From the NCBI GenBank assembly GCA_047495785.1, contig JBLDXI010000007.1, positions 3,100,001 to 3,164,000 of the forward strand: a DNA stretch of 64,000 bases. The letters run 5' to 3'. Both the position numbers and the translations under genes were made by a program. The notes under the pieces are model-generated. The model saw nothing but the letters and a program-made list of their open reading frames with translations. It was not told the origin of the DNA and searched no databases. Below are positions 55,301 to 64,000 of the stretch, piece by piece; positions within the stretch are counted from its first letter, which is position 1, and each line of letters begins with the position of its first letter. The stretch is from Lepidodermella squamata. Its lineage: Eukaryota; Animalia; Gastrotricha.

Positions 55301-57932
55301 TCCATTAGCAAGACTGCGTTTTCGACGTCTATTGCCGTCTATTTAGGTGCCGAAATGATTTAGTGAGAGCGGTTTGCAAATTAGGTGAACGCGCTCTCAA
55401 ATTTAGTGCTTGAACCTCATTTTAGGTGGTGCACTTATTTAGACCAGTTTGAAACTTAATGAATTATGATTATGTTGTTTATCCAATTTAAAGGGAACAT
55501 AACAATCAAGGCTATGAAATTTTGGAAACTGACGACGAGTCCCTCTACGGCATATGTTTCTACCACGACGTCCACATTATCCACATCAACATCAACACCC
55601 TCCACGACTTTATCAAGTACGACAACTACGCCTTCGACGACGTCGACTACTGCCAGTACTACTTCGAGCAAAACCAGCACACAGTCGACTTCCACAAGTA
55701 CTACAACTACAGTACCATCGACAGCTCCAACAACGACGACTACTGTCACCACTACATCGACGACCACTCCAACAACTACAACTGCGACTACAGCCACGCC
55801 ATTCACATCGTCGACTTCAGTGACTAAAACCATAACAACCGCCCCAACTTCTACTACCACTGTTTCTACATCTACAACCACGTCAACAACTAGTCAGGCC
55901 TCGACCACACAACAGACAAGCATTACACTGCCTCAGCCAGATTTGAATTTGCTTGCCTTGCCTTACATGTTCTCGGGCGATCCGACTTACCTACCAAGTA
56001 ACTCATTCGACGCAACCAGTGGAACCTTGTCTTTGAACCAGGGGGCAGTGGCAGACTCATCTGGTCTTAAATTGAATGAGTACCCAGCTATTGATTACGG
56101 ATCGGCTAGCGTTGGAGATTATCTGCCGGCTAGTCTCAGCTCTGAAGGCTTTCGCATCGAAATGAATGTAAGTTCGAAATACGACCCGAATTCCTCGGGA
56201 TTTTTTGTCATAGGATTGACAAGCCAGCCTGCGACTGTTGGTAAGTAAATGACGTACTCATCGCAAATTTGAAGCTAATCGTTCATTTCTTCAGCTGCTG
56301 ACTCGAGCGGACACATGGGCAGCTTCAGTAATTTTTCTGGTGTTCATCTGTCGTTGCAGCTTGGTCAAGACGGCAAAATCTACCTATCGTATGAACCTGA
56401 TCTCACGACAAACAGTCAAACGGTTCCTTTAGGCTACGACCCCGCAACTAACCCGATTCTGAATGTTTTCGATGGATCTGGAATTGCCAATTTTAAGCTG
56501 GTCATTCAAAGCTCAGGCGATAAAATAACAGCCTCAATTGCACCTAATGTCATCAATGCAACGAGTTCGATCCTGCTTCAAGACGAAAGCATGCCAGGAT
56601 TTAGCGCGAAACAACTGGCAACAGGGAAAGCGAAAATCCAGCTCTATGGAATCGACGGCTCGAATGCTGATGTAACTGTTGAGGGCATGCATGTATGGGC
56701 TTTGAAGAGCTCGCCGTCAACCACAGCAATGCCTACAACCGCTGCGGCGCGAACTTACGATTTCAGCTCGAATACGTCTTTTAATATTCCAAACTTGATT
56801 GACGGAAATCTCATTCCACTACTAAAACTCAGCGACCTGACGACTTGCTCATTCATCCAACCCAAAGTCAGGTATATTGCAAATTGCTCGAAATCTTAAT
56901 TTTCTGAAAATTGTATCTTACAGATCTCCGGCTTTCGGGACTCAGATTTTTATTACACTGGAGTTCAAAGAATTGTTCGACATTGATGCAAGTGCTCGGG
57001 AGATAGCTGCTGGGACCGAACTGCTAGTACAATGGGTCGTTACTGGGTGTCCTAAAGAAGTGACGGCGCCTGATGTCAACGAAGCCGATCGTGTTTACAC
57101 AGTCAAACGCAGTGATGTATGGGTTCCGAGCATCCGATTCGCCAACACAACATCCGACCTGTACATGGAGAATGGAATGTTCTGGAAGGAACAGGTCCAC
57201 ATCGCCTACTACCCAACAAGCCCGAACCGCACGCTGTTTTTCCATTGGATTCGGCTCGGTATGATGACATCTAAATGCATATTAAAGCTGCGAAAGTTCC
57301 CGTTTGACTCGCAACGATGCGATTTCACGTTTTTACTCGATGAGTCAGATAAATTTCTGTTCTTTGGCGGCTCGCGATTCGCCTTCGATGGCTCGTTCGA
57401 TAGCGAAATGTGGAAATTCGATGCCGCTTCAAACAAACACGGCATTACCACGTCGCTGTTGCGAAAGAATGGAACATCTGGCTATGCCATTTTCACTGTT
57501 GGCTTCTCCCGTGAGCCAGCGCCGTACCTCATCAACAACATGGCGCCGTGTGCCATCATACTGACCCTGGTCTTCGGGTCACTGCTTTTTGATCCCGACT
57601 GTCCTGACCGTCCGGCATTCTCCGGGACGCTCCTTCTCAGTATGATTGTAATCCAATCCCAAGTATTAGATAAGATTCCGGAAACCTCGGAATCTGTTCT
57701 CATGGCTGAGTATATTCTGATTCTGTGCGGGCTGTGTTCGATGATTACCCTATACGCTGCAATAATGTTCACAGCTACGTGCAGATACACTTACCTTTTA
57801 GAAAGTGATGGAAGATTCTCTGTCTTCAAGGCACGAATCAGCTATGCTCGAGCTATGGATGTGGCAACGTTCTGTCTGGGCATCGATGCTGTTCTGATTC
57901 TAAACATCTATGCATCGCTGGTGGTCTTCTAG
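52356..57932 (+). CDS. Cys-loop channel subunit with two N-terminal beta-rich domains separated by a mucin-like Thr stalk (1025 aa, 6 exons)
   Basis: Exons 52356-52398, 52451-52780, 52836-53207, 55494-56240, 56295-56871 and 56924-57932; all introns GT-AG and phase-compatible. Cys-loop CILKLRKFPFDSQRC; 4 TM. Confidence 0.8.
53728..55029. mobile_element. piggyBac-like non-autonomous element in intron 3
   Basis: TTAA|CCCTTTTAGTGCCGACG ... CGTCAGCACGGAAAGGG|TTAA (14/17 TIR match). Confidence 0.75.
54210..54658. mobile_element. Ginger-like MITE nested in the piggyBac-like element
   Basis: TATG|TGTTACATTGAGAGTGTCGAATCGTTGA ... TCAACGATTCGACACTCTCAATGTAACA|TATG: perfect 28-bp TIR, TGT..ACA ends, 4-bp TSD, long internal inverted repeats. 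Confidence 0.85.
55531..55929 (+). repeat. Thr/Ser-rich low-complexity coding region (mucin-like stalk)
   Basis: ~130 aa of T/S/P (TTTSTLSTSTSTPSTT...). Confidence 0.9.
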
Positions 57933-58250
57933 ATGCATCCTGCGACCACACCCTGCAATATGGATTATGACTGAAAGAAGCTATTTACTACGTTATTCAT
58001 CACACTTCATGGCATATTGTAATATGGTTACTCTAGTCTAGAAAGGAAAGAAATGTTAGGCCCTTTGATAACGGTGGATAGCCAAAAATCTGGCTACGTA
58101 GGATTTTCTTTTATCCTCTTATAGTGAGGCGTTTGACGAAAAATGTTCAGTGAAATTGTCAAATAGCCCTTGACACTATTAATTTTGCCATCTTAGATGT
58201 TATCGGCATAGATTGTTCTTTTCCAAGTCATTCAGATTGCATATTTCCGC

Positions 58251-58433
58251 TAGCGTCGTTGAATAACTCGTTGATTTAGGCTTGTATACATCTTTTTCAA
58301 GGCGAGAGGTGACAAGTAAGAAGTCTTTTGTTTTTGCCGCTTCATTCACGTTAAAAAAGCCGCTGTTTACTTGCCACCCGTGGCCTTGAAATGGATGTAG
58401 AAAAGCCTAAATCCGAGTTATTCAACGTCGCTA
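58251..58433. mobile_element. Foldback/MITE-like element with ~50-bp imperfect arms
   Basis: TAGCGTCGTTGAATAACTCG..GATTTAGGCTT vs AAGCCTAAATCCGAGTTATTCAACGTCGCTA. No clear TSD. Confidence 0.65.
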
Positions 58434-59328
58434 ACGATTTTTCCCCGTTTCATTCCGAAGACAGATGCCACTGTTTTTTTCTGTTCATTTCGTGAAGTCG
58501 TGTCTCATTCGTTGTTTTGTCACGCAGTCTAAGACCTTTGAAATTCGAAATATAACGAAGGGAGTTTTATTTTGATAATATCGCTGCAGGAAATCTTTTT
58601 CATTGTAGGCCGGGTTTGCAGGGTCGAAGTCCATTTTTATTTGCTGCGTCGATGGTGTGGTGGTGAGGTGGTGCATTTTGTTGTGGTAGTAGTTTTTGCA
58701 AATATTTTACATTCATCTCCATCTAATTAATCAGCTAAAAAAATAACCGACCGCTCGACCGCACCACCATCACCACATAACAAGCCAAGAAAAAACATGG
58801 ATGTGATTCATCACTGAGTTCACTATGCTAAACACCACCTACAATGTTCGACGCTGTCATTGTTTTCCAGCTCGCATTGTCGAGTACGTTCGAGGCACCG
58901 ACATTGAAGTCAATAAATATTGAATATCTGGCTGTTGCTATGTGTACTTATATCATGTCCCTTGATTGTTTTGCTTCTCGAGCAGTTCGACGCAGGCATT
59001 ATAACCTGGCGATCTCCGGATGAATTTAGTATGCCATAATGTATATGTCTTTTCGTCATTCTATTATTCATTCCATTTACTGTCGAGCGACCAGTCAGCA
59101 TGGAAACGTCAGGAAACTGTTGTTAAGAAAATTGTTGACCAGATGCTAGATGTCATTGACATAACTAGATTCATTGAAAGATTTGATTTGAATTGTTCAC
59201 GCTTGCATGCTTGCACGCTTGCACGAATGCAGATAAAACCAGCTAAGCAGCAGAGTTCATTTGCATTACTTTTATAGTGCAGCTTTTGTAGTGTGTTACC
59301 TTTCTTCGTTGATCTTGGAACGTTGAGC

Positions 59329-59949
59329 CTATTGAGTTGTTGACAGAACGATGCGGTAGTTGTCGCTGGATGGTGAGATTTTCAGCGGCTGGCTTGGACT
59401 GCCAAACATCGAAGGGAACGATCCACCAGAAATGCTCCCATCAAATGCATAGGTATAGTTGAATTGGCTTGTCAGTTGGGACATCATGTCCAAACCTAAC
59501 CAATACTCCCCGTTCGGATTACCGAAGAATTGCTGGTACTCATCAAGTCGACGATTGCTGAACCTTGTGATCCCATTATTTCGATTGGCCAGAATCGTCC
59601 AACCTCTGTTGTTTGCAGTATCCATTTCACAGTAAGTCATAGTTGCTATTGAATATAACGTTGATTGGATTAGGTAGGTTCCACTTGCCCTATAGCCATT
59701 GGTGAATAGGCTGGAGCAATCTCGAGGCATGTAGCAACTCTGACGGGGCTCTAAACATTTGCAGACATACATGTCCGTATGTGGCATGGCGACGCAGTTT
59801 CGGGTTAAAGTGCATCGGTAAATCGAGACACAATAGTGACAAAGTGATCTTCCGTAGTGACAAAAACATTTCGGGCCAAGAGAAATTCTTACCCACAGTT
59901 GAAGATCTTGCTTTTTCCGAAAATTCTTAGTTTTCAATCGGGTTAACAA
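59329..59949 (-). pseudogene. Fibrinogen C-terminal domain (FReD) gene fragment with a preceding cysteine-rich/EGF-like segment
   Basis: PRDC...SGTYLI...YCEMDT...GWT...Y..FFGNPNGEYWLGLD. A stop truncates the domain; no signal peptide or GGWWY end was found. Confidence 0.65.
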
Positions 59950-60807
59950 TCATGCGCCATTCATCTTTTTCAAAAGACACCATTTCAGCTAACCATTCAG
60001 TTGAGAATCGGGTATAATTTTGATTTCAAACTCCTTTTTCGCCGGATTTTTCCTTCTCTTTTTTCTTTGGCGCTTTGCCCTTCTTATCCTTGGCCTTATT
60101 CTTAGTGCTTAGTTTTGGTCAATTCCCTACGAATGTATTGTACAAATCGTAGACGAAGATATCTCTGCCATGTGCTAAGAGGGCTAGAACAACCCTGTTG
60201 CCGCCATTTACCGCTCCTCACCAACTTGGGAGAAAGACGGTCAGGGGTTAAAGTTAGAATCTCATTGTTCATTCTCGACTTGAGAAAAACAATAAGGGGG
60301 TGTGGGGGGGGGGGCGAAGCCCCCCCAATAAAAAGAAAACAACAACAAAAAATAAATTAAAAACCACTAAAATTTTTTGAGAAAAAAAACCTGAAAAAAC
60401 TCTAGCCCTGGCAGCACTGTTGTCTAAGGTTATTATAATTACCCTATCAATAGGATAAATGATCAGTGTGAAACGACCAGTGTCAGACCGGTTTCGTGGT
60501 CTGTGGTCAGCAGAACTCATCAGTGACGTTTTGTTTCGTGCCTAACTAATAAGCTTAAAATTTTGGTGTGCCTAATCTTTTTTGCTGATATCGATTTTTT
60601 GTTAGGGCACGTGTCTGAATGTTCATTCATACATCGTGCTAAAATAGTGTGCTGAAAATTTTTCAGCTTTTCCAACCTGCCCGATGGCCGTCAGCAACAT
60701 TCAACCCCACCTCAGCGTTCCGAATTCCAAACATACACCGCAGAATTCTGTTGCATATCAGGTGTGCGAAAAATGTATTGCCAAACCAAGGTAGGTAAGG
60801 AAGGGCA

Positions 60808-61000
60808 CTACAACGAGGCTTCGCCCAATGATTTTTCCTTCTCTTTTTTCTTTGGCGCTTTGCCCTTCTTATCCTTGGCTTTATTCTTAGTGCTAGTGTT
60901 CTTTATCCGACGCCATTCCTTAGTCAGTCCTACTTTTATTAAACTTCTATGCACTCCGTGGATCCATCTAGTTCGGGGTCGTCCTCTAGGTGCAAACCAT
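60808..61000 (-). mobile_element. RTE-clade LINE 3' fragment (a ~65-bp piece is repeated at ~60046-60110)
   Basis: WFAPRGRPRTRWIHGVHRSLIKVGL...KNKAKDKKGKAPKKKEKEK* is homologous to 6594-6974. Confidence 0.65.
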
Positions 61001-63172
61001 AATTGAATAATTGAGTGAATCTAAGAAATACATTTATGGTATGGCCCTTTTTGTCAACGATAAGTGATGTGTTCGGAGCAACTGCATGTCATAGTTTTCA
61101 CCTCCTAAAAACTCGAGAATTAGGGATGGACTTTCACGCTGATCGGGATCTACGTCAGGATTGTTTCCAGGCGTTAATGACATTTTACGGAATTTCAAGT
61201 TTTCAAATGTGGATGGCTCGAAAATTTGAATGGGGGTTTGAAAAACCGTCCAAAGTAAATTTGTTCAATAATCAGCTGTAGTTTGATTTTTCTTCGCTGT
61301 TATACTGCACGTAAAGTGGCATCTATAAGTTTAAGCCGTGTACACAACCAATGCTTGATTCAATGTTCTGTTTATGAAATAAAGATTTGGAGTATTGTCT
61401 GGCCAAGTTTTTCCGTTTCTGGAGAGGTGTTTCGACGCGACCTGAAAAGTCATTGTTAGAACATTCTAGACATTATATAAATAGCTTTCATTTCTTTACG
61501 TTAGGCGCAGGCAAATAACAAGGGACACTTATATCGCACACAGTTCCGAAAGCTCCATAGCCTAGTCTTAACTTCAACTTAAAACTAACTCTATGCTCTG
61601 AATGCTCTGAAAGACGCAGTTTTTCGGTGATAGTTCTTTATAATGAACAATTTTAGCTAGTATTCCTTTCCTTTGCATGTTGGATTAGCCAAATGCCCTG
61701 CTTTGATAGCCCAATCAAGTTCCATGTATTATTTTAGCTCCAAATAACAAAGAGGAGATTATCCTCATGGGAACTTTACATCGTTTAATAGCTCGGACCT
61801 CCGCTCACTTTCGAGATTTTCATATTTTTACCGCCGGTACAGTGAACTATGCCCGATTCTTCTTTCCGCCCACAAAGCTATTCATTCAGGCGGGCATGAT
61901 TTTTCGATGCGAAACGCCTCAAGTCGTAATCAGGTCTGTATCCGAGTTATTTATGTATGCAGGTATTTTCAGAAGTTCGTGACGACAACGGTAGCTCTGA
62001 GAAATTGCACGCACATTGATTATTTCGGCCTAGTGCAAGCAGTAAATGTCCTCTCTCTTTTGCTATTTGTCTACGACTATAGGACAGAATGATGATGACA
62101 TGTCGCAAGTAAGAATCAACAAGTGTGCACTGAAGCTCTTTGTTTCGATTTAATATACAGAACTGCTTCATATCGACTCGAGCATCGAGGCCCATTTTTA
62201 GCGTCCTTATTTCGATCTAGAATGATTACGCTACTAGCATAACAGCCACGTAGCATCGCACTGATGAATGAGAATAAGCAATTTGTTGCATATTTGTTGT
62301 TGTTGATATTCACGTCAAGTGATCGTAATTCGGATAAGTTTAAAATTATACATTAAGGCAAGTCTGTTCAAAACCTTTTATTTTACCCAACAAATAAATA
62401 AAGAAAATGCCGAGTTTGAAGTTGTAATTTTTTAAATATTTTTTTAACCTAGCCAGCCGGACGTCGTGGCCCTAATTTTCAGTTTATTTCTAGATTTCAC
62501 GTAGCTCTCAGCTGAGAGTCTTCCGTTAAATAGAGCTCAAATTTTAGTGAAACTTACGCGACTGATTTTTCGCAGAGCTTCCTAACTTGATTATAAAAGT
62601 GTCTCTTTACCTTTTGCATACCTTGCCTATAATTCATCTCGAAGTGAATGATAAATGATAATACAGGGTGTTCAAGAAATAATGGTTGGGCTATTTTTAG
62701 TGATGAACTTTGGCCAGACGCCACGCGAATTGTATTTTTTCAAGCACGAGCTGAGCGTGAAAATTTTTTGATCGAGTTCGGCGCTAAATTTTGTCTTGAC
62801 CTTGATTTTTTGTCCATTTTCGTTATATGGACAATTGTGGAATGAATGAAATTTTGAATGAAAATGATCGAGAAAAAAGAGCTGAAATTAAAGGAAAAAA
62901 ACCTCATTTCTTCCAAGTTCCAAGTTTATGTTTTTCGAGACTCACCTTCATTCCTCTCATCTGTGAATTTCACGATAAGACTCGTGAACAGCAGCAATAT
63001 TAAAAAGTTCATCACATAAACTATGGCGTAAATCTCTCCCGATCTTAGTAACTGCTTATCAGGTGATTCATAATTCATGAAAAAACGCAAGTGGATTCAA
63101 AGTTAATATTATTTATTTGATTCCGTCTTCATCATTGCTCGTCACAGAAAGAAAACTGATTTGAAAAAAAAT

Positions 63173-63938
63173 TTAAGATCGATATTTGGCCTTAAGCCTT
63201 TCATTTATTAACATCTGCTGGGCTTTGTGGCAGATGGAAGATCCATCGCGGCAGGGCAATCGACGCAAAAATTTGGGGTCGCCGCCTTTCCCTAGCGGGG
63301 TCGCGCAGTAGAGGTCGAGCGTATATGTCGTAGCGCTTCGGCCCAGTTGGCGGCAGAATCGCACAAAATAGCTCAAGACTATCTTTTCTTTAGGACTCCA
63401 AGGCTGTTTGTGACGACCTGAAAGCAAAGGCAACAATTTTTTTAAAGGCTGAATAATAAATAATTGATTAATTTTACTCAATTCAAGAATTTGAGCAGAC
63501 GATAGTGGTTCAGGAGGTGGGCCAAGGTCGCTTGATTCCATTTCGTTGTCGTGGGTGGCGATTGGTTGCTCGTTCGACATCTTTGATTTTTTCGTATTTT
63601 TGTGTATTGTTTGTAATGCTCGTTTAATGGAACGGCTTCTAAGATCTAGAAGAGGTGTATTGCTACTAAGCATCAACTTACTAGACTTACTAAAGTTGGG
63701 ATTTTCGATAGATTCGCTTATAAAGGCCAAGGACAACAGCTTGTTACTGGCGGGAAACACGGCGGACCGGCGTTAGCTCGAAACCTTCTCTCTTCAGCAA
63801 GCGTCTGAGGTAGCTTCTCGGGACGAATGCAACAGAGTAAACTTTTTGTTGAATCAATCTCAAGCTAATGCGTGGATTTTCAGTCACCAAAGTCAAAGTG
63901 ATCAGTGTAATAAGGCGACGCTGGTCTACCGTCAACAT
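63173..63938 (-). mobile_element. Probable transposon-derived ORFs (Tc1-like HTH fragment; Myb/SANT-like motif)
   Basis: 63744-63938 LT.DQRRLI....ENPRISLR.IQ.....RSYLRRLLKREG resembles a Tc1 transposase HTH. 63173-63760 has KQPWSPKEKIVL. No DDE core is seen. Confidence 0.4.
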
Positions 63939-64000
63939 TTAATCAACATTGATCCTTACTGTCAACAAACCAGTTAGGGTTAACAGGGGACCACCAGCGA

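Noticed and set aside
55456-55881. Val-rich, His/Asp-rich and Arg/Gln-rich ORFs
   Set aside because: Antisense or alternate-frame shadows of the Thr-rich coding repeat.
60295-60330. GGGGGGCGAAGCCCCCC hairpin as a terminator
   Set aside because: Eukaryotic context; more likely part of a repeat element, and unassignable.
62460-62800. TACAGGGTGTTCA mariner-like terminus (similar at ~36705)
   Set aside because: No matching opposite TIR found in the window, so boundaries cannot be supported.
1-64000. Prokaryotic defence system, operon or CRISPR array
   Set aside because: Spliceosomal introns, metazoan receptor families and eukaryotic TEs are present. No repeat-spacer array is seen; the 24-bp repeat at 11.9 kb has no spacers and is coding.

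Overview
AT-rich eukaryotic (metazoan invertebrate) genomic DNA with very short GT-AG introns (mostly 49-61 nt); I cannot assign the taxon from sequence alone. The first 39 kb hold a birth-and-death array of about 12 copies (intact, truncated or TE-disrupted) of an unrecognised ~640-670 aa all-helical protein family with an intronless CDS and an N-terminal TPR-like segment. Receptor genes are interspersed in and after the array: three divergent Cys-loop (pentameric ligand-gated ion channel) subunits and two intronless GABA-B-type class C GPCRs. There are also small secreted proteins (a PAN/apple protein and a 61-aa peptide precursor missing from the ORF track), a fibrinogen-domain remnant, and many non-autonomous DNA transposons and RTE-type LINE fragments. 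The most striking result comes from splicing the exons by hand. Two Cys-loop subunits (10848-13139, 690 aa; 52356-57932, 1025 aa) carry one or two copies of a ~230-240 aa beta-rich, putatively ConA/lectin-like domain plus a Ser/Thr stalk in front of the ligand-binding domain. This architecture is not typical of animal Cys-loop receptors.
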